Below, piece after piece: positions 16,242 to 25,371 of a DNA stretch of 50,273 bases (within the stretch, counting starts at the first letter, position 1; each line of letters opens with the position of its first letter). A model generated the notes under the pieces. That model saw only the letters and a program-made list of their open reading frames with translations. It was not told where the DNA came from and made no database searches. The DNA comes from Candidatus Pacearchaeota archaeon (lineage in GTDB: Archaea > Nanobdellota > Nanobdellia > Pacearchaeales > GW2011-AR1), in assembly GCA_017609405.1 (NCBI GenBank), contig JAFCDZ010000003.1, positions 1 to 50,273 on the forward strand, in the 5' to 3' direction. Made by a program: the position numbers and the translations under genes.

Positions 16242-19100
16242 TTAAACTTTTAAACTAACAATCTTACTTATTCCTTTATTTATGCTTACTCCGTAAAGTG
16301 CTGTTGCGTTTCTAATTATTTCATCATTATGGGATATTATTATGTATTGTCCTTTTTGAATATATTTTTTTAACCATTCTGCTAATCTGCTTGAGTTTCT
16401 TTTGTCAAGTGCTGCATCAATTTCATCAAGGATATAAAAATAATAAGGTTTTAGTTCCTGTATTGCAAAAATAAGGGATAAAGATACAAGGGTCTGTTCC
16501 CCTCCTGACAATGATGTTACATCAAAATACTTTCCTTGTCCCATTTTAACAACAATGTCAACCCCTCCTTCAAAAGGATTTTTTGAATTTTCTAGTTCGA
16601 GATAGACCTCTCCCTTTGAACTTAATTTTGAGAAATTTTTTGAGAAATGTTCATTAATTGAATTGAATGTGTTAAGGAATGTTTTTTTCTTTTTTACATC
16701 AATTTCATGAATAACTTTTAGAATTTTTTCCTTCTCTTTTTCAATTGTTTCGACTCTTTGTTTAACTGCTTCGTATTCTTTTTTTATCTCTTCATAGACC
16801 TCTAATGCTCTTAAATTTACTGAGCCTATTTTTTCTAAGGCTTCTTTTGTTTTTTGTAGTCTTTTTATAAGAGAGTCCTTTTTATCTCTTATAAATTCTA
16901 TTCCTTGGAATTCAAGCAATTCTTTTTCTAAATTCTCTATCTCTGCATTTATCCTTGCTTCTTCTATTTTTAACATATTACGTTTTTCTTCGTTGCTTCT
17001 TATCTCTGTTTGTATCTTCATTATTTGCCTTTCGTGTTTTCTAATCTCTTCATGAAGGGCATCTCTTTTTTCTATTAATTTTTTGAATTTTTTTGATAAT
17101 TCTTCCTCTTCTTTAAGCATCTTTTCAAGAAGTTTTTCCTTTTTTTCTAAGTCCTTTTTCATTAGTTCTAATTCCTCTTCTGCTTCTTGTTCTTCTCTTT
17201 TTAGTTGTTTTAATGATGCTTCAATTCTATTTTTTTCTCTTCTTTTGAACGCAATTTCAGAATCAAGGTTCTGCTCACTAATTAATGCTATCTCATCAAT
17301 TTCTATTTTTAGTTGCTCGTACTTTTCTTCAACATCTTTATTTTTACTTAGGGATTCTTGGAGAAAAGTTTGTTTTTGTCTTAATTCCCCTATCTCTTTA
17401 AAATCTTGTTTTATTTTTTCTTTTATCTTTTTAATTTGTTCAGTTTTTTCATTTATTATCTTTAATTTAATAATGTCTGACTCTCTTTTTCTTATCTCTT
17501 CTACTACTTCTTTTTCTTTTTCAATCAGTGTTTCTATTTTATTTTTTATTTCCTTAAGTTCTTTTAGATTCCTCTCTTTTTTATTTTCTTGTTCTAATAT
17601 TTGTGGTTCAGTTTCTCTTTTAATTGATGCTATGTGCTCTTCTGTTATCTTGTTCTTGCATAAAGGGCAAACATCTAAGCTTGCAATTTTTTCAATTAAT
17701 TTTTTTAACCTTTCTATCTCGCTTTCAGAAAAATTTATTTCTCTTTTTATTTTTTCTTCCAATTCTTCAAGATTTTTTATTTCCTGATTTAATTTTTCCT
17801 CTTTTATTTTTAGTTCTTTTATTTTCTCTTCAGAAGAATTAATATCAAAAAGTTCTTTGGTTAATGTTTCTATTTGCTCCACTAAAAAATCTGCTTCCTT
17901 GTTTTGTTGCTTCAAAAGAAACTCTTTTTCTTCAATTCTCTCTTTTACAGTTTTTAGTTCTGTTTTTGTTATGTAATATTTTTTTCTCCTTATTTCAAGC
18001 TCTTCAAGCTGTTTTTTCTTTTTTTCAAATTCTTTTTGCTTCATTGAGACTGTTGGTGTGTTTACCTCTAACTCTCTTATTTCATTTTCTAATTCAATGC
18101 TCTTGTTCTCAATGTCTTGTTTTTTGTTTTGTGTTTCAATAAGCTTTGATTCCAGATTTTCTATCCTGACATTTAATCCCGCTATCTCTGCTCTGATATT
18201 AGCAATTTCTCTGTTCAATTGTTCCTGTTCTAATCCAGTTGAACTTTGAATTTTTGAATTAAGTTCATTTATCTTTTCTTTTAGAGAGTTAATTTCTTTT
18301 TCATAAGATATTATTTTTTCTTTTAACTTGTTTATCTTATTGTTATGCAAGTCTATTTCAGAGGTTATCTTTTTACTCTCTTTTTTTCGGTTATTTAAGT
18401 CATGAAATAATATGCTTGCTTTTAATCTTTTTACATCGCTCTCTAATTTTTTGAATCTTAATGCTTGTTGCCTCTCTTTTTCAAGATTATTTAAATAAGA
18501 TGTTCTTTCTCTTAATATTGCAGAGATTTCTTTTAATTTTTCTTCTGTTTTCTCAAGTTCTCTAAGTGCTTTTTCTTTTCTTACTTCATAAACTGAAATT
18601 CCTGATATCTCTTCGATAATTTTTCTCCTTTCTTCCCCTTTCATTTTTGTAAATCTTTGTATCTCTCCTTGGAGAATTATGTTGAATCCATTTGGATCTA
18701 TTCCTGCTTGAGCTAAAAGCATTAAAACTTCTTGTCTTGTTTTTGTCTCATTATTTATCTTGTATGTGCTCTGCCCATTTCGCTTTATTATCCTTTTTAA
18801 GGTGATTTCGTCTCTATCTATTGCAAAAACCCTTCCTTCATTATCAAATACAACTTCTACATAGGCCTCTTTTGCAGGTTTTATTCCCTCTGAACCCATG
18901 AATAAGAGATTCTTTGCTTTTGACGCTCTCATGGATTTTGCACTTAATCTTCCCAGTACAAAACATAAAGCATCAGATATGTTTGATTTTCCTGAGCCAT
19001 TTAGACCAACAATAACATTTATGTTTTTTGTGAATTCAATCTCTGTTTTTTTAGCAAAACTCTTGAAACCTTGCATCACCAACTTTTTAATGTAGGTCAT
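16242..19100 (-). CDS. smc: Smc chromosome segregation ATPase with central CxxC zinc-hook-like motif
   Basis: GFKSF, GLNGSGKSN, IILQGEI, GSVNLRALEVYEE, LSGGE, ILDEIDAALD; CPLC at residues 478-481 of 952; no globular hinge evident. Confidence 0.88.
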   Translation of the reverse strand: MTYIKKLVMQGFKSFAKKTEIEFTKNINVIVGLNGSGKSNISDALCFVLGRLSAKSMRASKAKNLLFMGSEGIKPAKEAYVEVVFDNEGRVFAIDRDEITLKRIIKRNGQSTYKINNETKTRQEVLMLLAQAGIDPNGFNIILQGEIQRFTKMKGEERRKIIEEISGISVYEVRKEKALRELEKTEEKLKEISAILRERTSYLNNLEKERQQALRFKKLESDVKRLKASILFHDLNNRKKESKKITSEIDLHNNKINKLKEKIISYEKEINSLKEKINELNSKIQSSTGLEQEQLNREIANIRAEIAGLNVRIENLESKLIETQNKKQDIENKSIELENEIRELEVNTPTVSMKQKEFEKKKKQLEELEIRRKKYYITKTELKTVKERIEEKEFLLKQQNKEADFLVEQIETLTKELFDINSSEEKIKELKIKEEKLNQEIKNLEELEEKIKREINFSESEIERLKKLIEKIASLDVCPLCKNKITEEHIASIKRETEPQILEQENKKERNLKELKEIKNKIETLIEKEKEVVEEIRKRESDIIKLKIINEKTEQIKKIKEKIKQDFKEIGELRQKQTFLQESLSKNKDVEEKYEQLKIEIDEIALISEQNLDSEIAFKRREKNRIEASLKQLKREEQEAEEELELMKKDLEKKEKLLEKMLKEEEELSKKFKKLIEKRDALHEEIRKHERQIMKIQTEIRSNEEKRNMLKIEEARINAEIENLEKELLEFQGIEFIRDKKDSLIKRLQKTKEALEKIGSVNLRALEVYEEIKKEYEAVKQRVETIEKEKEKILKVIHEIDVKKKKTFLNTFNSINEHFSKNFSKLSSKGEVYLELENSKNPFEGGVDIVVKMGQGKYFDVTSLSGGEQTLVSLSLIFAIQELKPYYFYILDEIDAALDKRNSSRLAEWLKKYIQKGQYIIISHNDEIIRNATALYGVSINKGISKIVSLKV

Positions 19101-19147
19101 GAATAATAAAAGACGAAATTATTTTTAAAGATTGGTGTTTTAAACTC

Positions 19148-19819
19148 TTAAAACAACTTCATCTGCTCTGAATCTCTTTTTGCTCTTTGAAATGTTTCCC
19201 AAGATTTTCTAAATATTCCGTCGTCTTTGTATTTTTGGAGGTATTTTTCAAGAAACTTTGCTGTTATTGGGTCTGAAGCATATCCTGAACCAATTTCAAT
19301 ACCGTATTTTTCTTTTAACTTCTCCATTTCTTCTTCTCTTTTTGTTTTTGCTAAAATAGATGCTGCTGAGACCGGGATATGGTTTTTATCTGCTTTATGC
19401 TCGCAAACTATTTCAAGATTTCTTAAATCATTTATTTTTAATTTTAATTCATCTGTCCAAGAGATTATAGATACTGATGGGCAATCCACAACAACCCTTA
19501 TTTTTTGCTCAGGGTTTCTTTCTATAATTTTGTTGATTATCTCTGCTGTTTTTATTGCCTCAATAGTATTCAGGTTTGTTCTGTTTTCCATGAAGTTATC
19601 CAATTCCTCTGGATGCGTTAGAATTATTTCAAAATCTTCTGCAATTTCTAATATTTTCTCTTTCAAGAATAATCTTCTTTTTTGTGTTAGCTCTTTAGAA
19701 TCCTTTACTCCTAATTTGAATAAATAATCAAAATGTTCTTCTCTGATTAAACAGCCAGCTAAGACCATGGGTCCAATAACAGGCCCTCTTCCAGCATCAT
19801 CAATTCCTAAAACTATCAT
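19148..19819 (-). CDS. rnhB: Ribonuclease HII
   Basis: GIDDAGRGPVIGPMV, VKDSKEL, KAD...VSAASILAK, GSGY; start at MIVLG. Confidence 0.95.
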   Translation of the reverse strand: MIVLGIDDAGRGPVIGPMVLAGCLIREEHFDYLFKLGVKDSKELTQKRRLFLKEKILEIAEDFEIILTHPEELDNFMENRTNLNTIEAIKTAEIINKIIERNPEQKIRVVVDCPSVSIISWTDELKLKINDLRNLEIVCEHKADKNHIPVSAASILAKTKREEEMEKLKEKYGIEIGSGYASDPITAKFLEKYLQKYKDDGIFRKSWETFQRAKRDSEQMKLF

Positions 19820-19901
19820 GGAAGAATTAGATTCTTTTCTTTTAAAAAAGTTTGTTGTCTTTTTTTGCAATTAAAAAATAAAAAAGAAAAAAGGGTGAGA
19901 T

Positions 19902-21110
19902 TTAGTAATAGCTCTCACCCAAGTCTTCTTTTGGCTGTCTTCTTGTTAGTAACACAATTAAAACAGCCACTAAAACAACAAATACAACTGCTAAAATAAC
20001 AGTTATAATTGTTAAAGGGTCTACAGAGTTGTCTTCTTCAGCACTAAGGCTGTAAGCAACTTCATTGATTAAATCGTTGCCTGCGAAAACTTTCACATTA
20101 AAGGTGTAGTCCCCTTCTTTAGCTGCATTTGCTGTAATGGTAATTGACCTGCTTGAACCAGCTGGAACAACTACAAGGCTATCACTAGCACTAACTTCTA
20201 AGTTCTTTGAGCTTTCTGGAACAATTCTATAAACCTTTATGTTGCTTGTAGGGTTTATTAATAATAGCTCAAAGTCTACATTTTCATCTGTTCCAGCTTT
20301 TTTTCTATCTGTTGGAACAATTGTGTTTCCAGGGAATTCATTTTGGATTGTTATTGATTTAACAATTCCCTGTTGTAGGTCGTCTCCACTAACAACAACT
20401 TCCATGTTATAAATTCCAGGTTTTGTGTCATCTGGAATTCTTAAAGAAATTGTTCTGCTTACTGTGTCTGTTTCATCACAGTCTTCATCACAGCTTGGGT
20501 CAATTGGAACAAGGTCTCCTAAATAAGCAGACCTATCTAAACCAAGTGCAGGAATTCTTACTGTTAGATAAAGGTCATTTATGTCATTATATCCTCTATT
20601 TTTCACAACAACATTGACCTTCATGTATTCTCCTGATTTTACAGGACTTTCAACAGAGACTGACTTAATCTCTGCGTTGTATGAAGGTCTCTGCACTCTA
20701 ACAACAAATTCTCTTTCAGTTTTGAAGTCTCCATTCCATATCTTTAAGTTAAGAGTTGCATGGTCTGAAACTTCATCCCATAATTCATATGGAACCTTGA
20801 GAACAAGGCTTTTTCTGTAGCTTATGTTTGCTTCAACGTCAAAAGAAGGTGTTCTGACAACAGCGTCAGTTTTTTCACCTTCTAATTCAGCCTTTATTCT
20901 CACGTCTGTTGCGTTTGTGAGTGCAGTGAAGTACACATCAATTACAACATTACTTCCTGCAGTTACAGACACCTCATTGTGAGTAAATGCATTAACATCA
21001 TCAATATAGACTGAAGAGATGTCTGCTATTTCAGCAGCACTAACTGAAACCATTACAGCCAAGATGCTTACTAGTGCAAAAAGCACTTTACTTATTATTT
21101 TTGTTTCCAT
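19902..21110 (-). CDS. S-layer-like/CARDB-domain surface protein with C-terminal membrane anchor
   Basis: Signal peptide ending VSA, Ig-like repeats (VKNRG...D), C-terminal TM helix and ESYY tail. Confidence 0.75.
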   Translation of the reverse strand: METKIISKVLFALVSILAVMVSVSAAEIADISSVYIDDVNAFTHNEVSVTAGSNVVIDVYFTALTNATDVRIKAELEGEKTDAVVRTPSFDVEANISYRKSLVLKVPYELWDEVSDHATLNLKIWNGDFKTEREFVVRVQRPSYNAEIKSVSVESPVKSGEYMKVNVVVKNRGYNDINDLYLTVRIPALGLDRSAYLGDLVPIDPSCDEDCDETDTVSRTISLRIPDDTKPGIYNMEVVVSGDDLQQGIVKSITIQNEFPGNTIVPTDRKKAGTDENVDFELLLINPTSNIKVYRIVPESSKNLEVSASDSLVVVPAGSSRSITITANAAKEGDYTFNVKVFAGNDLINEVAYSLSAEEDNSVDPLTIITVILAVVFVVLVAVLIVLLTRRQPKEDLGESYY

Positions 21111-21250
21111 CTTGACTTGTTTTTATTATAAAATTTAATTTAACAGAAAACAAAGTTTTCTGTATCTTTATTATCCCTAAATTATTTATAAACTTTATGG
21201 TAACAACAGAATATATTAATTTTAAAGTTACTACTTGTTTGAACAGGTAG

Positions 21251-22027
21251 TTACTTATTTAATTTTTCTAGAATTCTCATTCCTTCAATTGCGTCAGCTA
21301 CTGGAGCAGGAGACTCATTTATTATTGTTATTTCTTTTTTTGGTAAATTCTTAAAAAGAAGCCTCCATTCTCTTGGCTTTGTTATTGTGTGATACTTTTC
21401 ACCTTTTTCTCCATAAACAATTCCTGAGAAATGAATGTGTAATTTTTTTTCTTTTTTGAATAATTCAAATACTTCCCTGAATTTATATTCTCCATATCTT
21501 GCTAATATATGCGCGAAGTCGATACAAGGTCTTATTTTTGTTTCTTTTACTAATTTTGAAATCTCCTCTATTGAGCCGAATACATTTTTTTTACCCATTG
21601 TCTCGACACAGAGTTCTACTTTCCATGAATTCTTTTTACAAATATTTTTCATATCTACAATTGCTCTTTTTATATTCTCAAAAGCTTCTTCTTTTGTTCT
21701 CTTTCCGTAATATCCAGGGTGAAATACAACACACTTTGCTCCAAGATAATTGGCAATTTTACAACAATCTAAAATTCTTTTTTTTGAAGCCTCTATTTTT
21801 TCTTTCTCTTCTGAGTTTAGATTGATATAGTAAGGAGAATGTATGCTTAAGCCTACTCCTAATTTTTTTGCGATTTTTCCAATTCTTATAGCATCTTCTT
21901 TTTTCTTTATATAGATGCTATGGGTAAATGCTATCTCACATGCTTTTATCCCTAATTTAGAATATTCTTTTAGAGTTTTTTCTGCTCTGCTTACTGGGCC
22001 AAGTCCTGCAGGACCAATTCTTATCAT
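21251..22027 (-). CDS. nfo: Endonuclease IV (archaeal type)
   Basis: SIHSPYYINL, VFHPG, ETMGK, CIDFAH, HIHFSG, INESP. Confidence 0.9.
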   Translation of the reverse strand: MIRIGPAGLGPVSRAEKTLKEYSKLGIKACEIAFTHSIYIKKKEDAIRIGKIAKKLGVGLSIHSPYYINLNSEEKEKIEASKKRILDCCKIANYLGAKCVVFHPGYYGKRTKEEAFENIKRAIVDMKNICKKNSWKVELCVETMGKKNVFGSIEEISKLVKETKIRPCIDFAHILARYGEYKFREVFELFKKEKKLHIHFSGIVYGEKGEKYHTITKPREWRLLFKNLPKKEITIINESPAPVADAIEGMRILEKLNK

Positions 22028-22031
22028 CTTC

Positions 22032-22499
22032 TTAGAAAACTTTTGTTATATTATTTAAATTTTCTTCAGAGAACTCTGTGAGTAACAAGTCATATAATTT
22101 TTTTATTATTATGCTTTGCATTTCTTCTTTGAGCCTTCCACTACATCTTTCCAGTTTTGATTCTGGAGGGTCTGTAGAACCCATAGGTGCTGAGCAGACC
22201 ATTTCTTTGTCTACTAATTTAAGTTTTTCTATATTTCCTTTTTTTACTTGTATTACTTTTACTTGTATTTTGCAAAAACCTTCTTCTTTTCCTATTATTC
22301 TATATCTTACAGTTACTCCATTTTTATCAAAAATATATTCTGCAGGAATACATCTCTTTTGTGCATTAACAAAACATTCTGTGCTTTCGCATTTTTTAAA
22401 ACTAATTTCGTTATTTCTTATTAGAGAAATCATAACTAACAGTAAGATAATCATGATTATTGATAGAATACTTATAATTATCACCCTCTTTTTTTCCAT
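22032..22499 (-). CDS. Membrane-anchored Cys-rich hypothetical protein
   Basis: N-terminal TM helix followed by six Cys. Confidence 0.75.
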   Translation of the reverse strand: MEKKRVIIISILSIIMIILLLVMISLIRNNEISFKKCESTECFVNAQKRCIPAEYIFDKNGVTVRYRIIGKEEGFCKIQVKVIQVKKGNIEKLKLVDKEMVCSAPMGSTDPPESKLERCSGRLKEEMQSIIIKKLYDLLLTEFSEENLNNITKVF

Positions 22500-22573
22500 A
22501 TTATTAAAACTTTTAAGGAGTATTTAAATGTTTTTGGTTTCTCGGTTTTATAATAATAAAGTTTTGTGAAAAT

Positions 22574-22863
22574 TTAAAAGGAAAAATATTCAATAAGGAT
22601 TCTGTACCCAAGGTTCTTTTTAGTGCCATGAGGTAAAGGAGTTGATAATATTCTTTTTCGTCTTTTTTCAAATTCTCCATCTGTATAAATTTTTCCCATA
22701 GCAACTCGAGCATTTCCTGGATAATATGGTTTAGCATTTTTAAAAATATGTCTTATTGTTGACTCTATAATTTTAAGAGGTTTTAAATCTGTGTGCAGTG
22801 CTACTCTCCAATTTCGTGGTACATTTCATTTTCTACTTGTTTTTCTAGTATCCTTTTTGGCAT
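22574..22863 (-). pseudogene. Probable small gene interrupted by a -1 frameshift
   Basis: MPKRILEKQVENE (ATG 22863) continues in the -1 frame as NVPRNWRV...GNARVAMGKIYTDGEFEKRRKRILSTPLP to the stop at 22574. Confidence 0.4.
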
Positions 22864-23116
22864 GAATTTATTTGGATTTATTTTCAGTATAAAATGTTTT
22901 GTTAAAATTAGGGCTTTTTTACTTTGCTCCTGTCTTTGTTCCGAACTTTTAATCTTAGATACTTTAAATTAGTTTGAAATTCTTATCGAAATAATTTCAA
23001 TATAAGCGTGAGAGTTTTGAATCACTAAAAAATTGAGTTCTGAGCATATGATTTATTATTAACTTTTTAGTAGTATCTATAAAAAGGTTTATATATTTAT
23101 TATTTTTAATTAAGAT

Positions 23117-23422
23117 ATGGCTAGTCCAGAATCAGAATGCGATCCTAATGACATTTTTGAGTTTGGAAAGGTTGTTGGAGCAATGAAAATTTCCTTAAAA
23201 AGGTCTATAGAAGTTTTTGAATTGGCAGTTTATGATAATGAAAGCAGAAGAGAAGAAGCTGCAAGATTACCTAATCAAATAGAAGAGGTCCGAAAAATAA
23301 TAAGAAAGCTAGGTAACGAATATAATTGGTTGTCTTCTGCAGAAAAAGAAAAAAATTCTTTAAAGGATTTGTTAGGAAGATTAGAAGATCTTGCACTTCC
23401 TTATTATAAATTACCTTTTTAA
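23117..23422 (+). CDS. Hypothetical helical protein
   Basis: 101-aa ORF with TTTATATA box about 22-28 nt upstream. Confidence 0.7.
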   Translation: MASPESECDPNDIFEFGKVVGAMKISLKRSIEVFELAVYDNESRREEAARLPNQIEEVRKIIRKLGNEYNWLSSAEKEKNSLKDLLGRLEDLALPYYKLPF

Positions 23423-23565
23423 TAAATACGATTGTTTTTCAATCTAAAATTACGAGTATTTTTTTAATTATTTCAAAACTTAAAGATACATTTAACTATT
23501 CTATGCTGATTAAATTTAACATCTTTTAACAAAACATTTATAAATGGTTTTTTTCTTATGTTGCT

Positions 23566-24594
23566 ATGGACGATGAAGATAAAGAAGTTAAGGTATCTAA
23601 ATCAAAGGAATTTTTAGACAAATCAAAAGAACATCTTTCTAAAGTTGCTTCAAAAGCTTCTAAAAAAGTTAAGAGGGGAGTTCCTTTTAGTAAATGGCTT
23701 ATGGAAAATCCTTGGAGAACTGCTGCAGGGGTGCTTGCGATTATCACTGTTGTCCTTTATTTTGTTATGGCATCTTCTTCTTGTAGCGGAATTTCAAAAT
23801 CTGAGGCAGGAAATATTATGCTTGATTTATTAAAGTCAAGAGTTGGTGATGCTGTGAAAGTAGATAGTATTAAGGAAATGGGAAATAGTTTATATGAAGT
23901 TGATGTTGTTTATCAAGGAGGAACTGTTCCTCTTTATATTACTTCAGATGGAAAATACATTGTATCAGCTGTTTTGCCTGTGACAACTTTACAAGAAAAT
24001 AAAAATAATAATCCACAAACTCAGGAAATTGAGAAATCAGATAAACCAAAAATTGAGCTTTTTGTGATGACTTATTGTCCTTATGGAACACAGATGGAAA
24101 AAGGAATACTACCTGTTCTTAAAACATTAGGAAATAAAATAGATGCTACCATAAGGTTTGTTCATTACTTTATGCACGGAGATAAAGAAGAGCAAGAAAC
24201 ATACAGACAGCTATGTATAAGAGAAGAGCAACCTTCAAAGTTCCTTGATTATTTATCTTGCTTTTTAGAGGATGGTAATGCATCAAGATGCATGAATAAA
24301 GTTGGAGTAGATATTAATAAGGTAAAGGAATGCGAAGATAATGGAAATGCTAAGAAGTATTATGAGAAAGATTCTGAGCTAAGTCAAAAATATGGTGTTC
24401 AGGGGTCTCCTACTTTGATAATAAATGAAAAAGAGATTTCAAGTGGAAGAAGCTCTTCTGCTTTATTGTCTACAATTTGTTCAGCATTCAATAATGAGCC
24501 ATCAGAGTGTTCAGAAGAACTATCTGCAGAAACACCTTCTCCAGGTTTTGGTTACTCTGAGTCTAGTTCTGGAGCAAGCGGAAGTTGTGGATAA
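23566..24594 (+). CDS. Membrane-anchored DsbA/thioredoxin-fold protein (CPYG site)
   Basis: TM helix, DsbC-like N-domain (YITSDGKY), LFVMTYCPYG, GVQGSPTLIIN cis-Pro loop. Confidence 0.85.
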   Translation: MDDEDKEVKVSKSKEFLDKSKEHLSKVASKASKKVKRGVPFSKWLMENPWRTAAGVLAIITVVLYFVMASSSCSGISKSEAGNIMLDLLKSRVGDAVKVDSIKEMGNSLYEVDVVYQGGTVPLYITSDGKYIVSAVLPVTTLQENKNNNPQTQEIEKSDKPKIELFVMTYCPYGTQMEKGILPVLKTLGNKIDATIRFVHYFMHGDKEEQETYRQLCIREEQPSKFLDYLSCFLEDGNASRCMNKVGVDINKVKECEDNGNAKKYYEKDSELSQKYGVQGSPTLIINEKEISSGRSSSALLSTICSAFNNEPSECSEELSAETPSPGFGYSESSSGASGSCG

Positions 24595-24606
24595 TTCTTT
24601 TTTAAG

Positions 24607-25371
24607 ATGAATCCTGAAATTTCTATCATTATCCCTTGTTATAATGTTGAAGCTTTTCTTGAAGAAACAATTAATTCTTATTTGTCCCAGAGTTTTGACA
24701 ATTTTGAATTAATTCTTATTGATGATGCTTCATTGGATAATACTCGGGAAATAATAAAAAAGTTCGCTGAAAGAGACGAGAGAATTAAATCTGTTTTTTT
24801 ATCAAAAAATATTGGAAAGGCAGGAGCAGTTAATGAAGGATTTAAGTTTGTTAGGGGCGGATATATTTCTATTTTTGATTCTGATGATATTGTTATGCCT
24901 AATAAATTGGCTATGCAGTATGATTTTCTTGAAGAGAATAGCGAAATTGATTTTGTTTATGGAGATTTTATTGTGTTTGATGCAAAAGGGGATAAAAAAA
25001 TTATTGAAGCAGTTGATTTTCGCGATTTAGAAGAGCCTTTGCTTAGATTAAAGACTTTTTTTGCTCATCTAAGAAAAGTTAAATATACTTTTCAAATTCT
25101 CGATGAAAAAAAATTTATTCCAGCTTCTTCTAATTTGTTTAGAAGAAAGATAATTGATGAAGGATTGAAGATGGATGTTAATTTAAGAAATAGTGAAGAT
25201 TATGATTTTTGGTTCCAAATTATTGGAGCAGGATATAAAATAAAAAGAATGCCTTTTATAACTTATAAATATAGGGAACATGAGAATCAAAAATCTAAAA
25301 ATTTAAAAAAAATGGATATTGCGAGAGATTATATTCTTAATAAACTAAAAAAAGGAGAGTATTTTAAATGA
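24607..25371 (+). CDS. Glycosyltransferase family 2
   Basis: SIIIPCYN, IDDAS, FDSDD, EDYDFW, YREH. Confidence 0.93.
   Translation: MNPEISIIIPCYNVEAFLEETINSYLSQSFDNFELILIDDASLDNTREIIKKFAERDERIKSVFLSKNIGKAGAVNEGFKFVRGGYISIFDSDDIVMPNKLAMQYDFLEENSEIDFVYGDFIVFDAKGDKKIIEAVDFRDLEEPLLRLKTFFAHLRKVKYTFQILDEKKFIPASSNLFRRKIIDEGLKMDVNLRNSEDYDFWFQIIGAGYKIKRMPFITYKYREHENQKSKNLKKMDIARDYILNKLKKGEYFK

Noticed and set aside
17083-18249. Plus-strand F/S/L-rich ORFs opposite smc (similar ones lie opposite cdc48, rnhB, nfo and others)
   Set aside because: Antisense shadows of K/E-rich coding sequence with no motifs
16242-19100. Calling this gene rad50
   Set aside because: Head motifs and the VNLRA segment are Smc-type, and no mre11/nurA/herA is adjacent
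22513-22737. 74-aa tracked ORF
   Set aside because: An overlapping longer frame looks more protein-like; treated as a probable shadow
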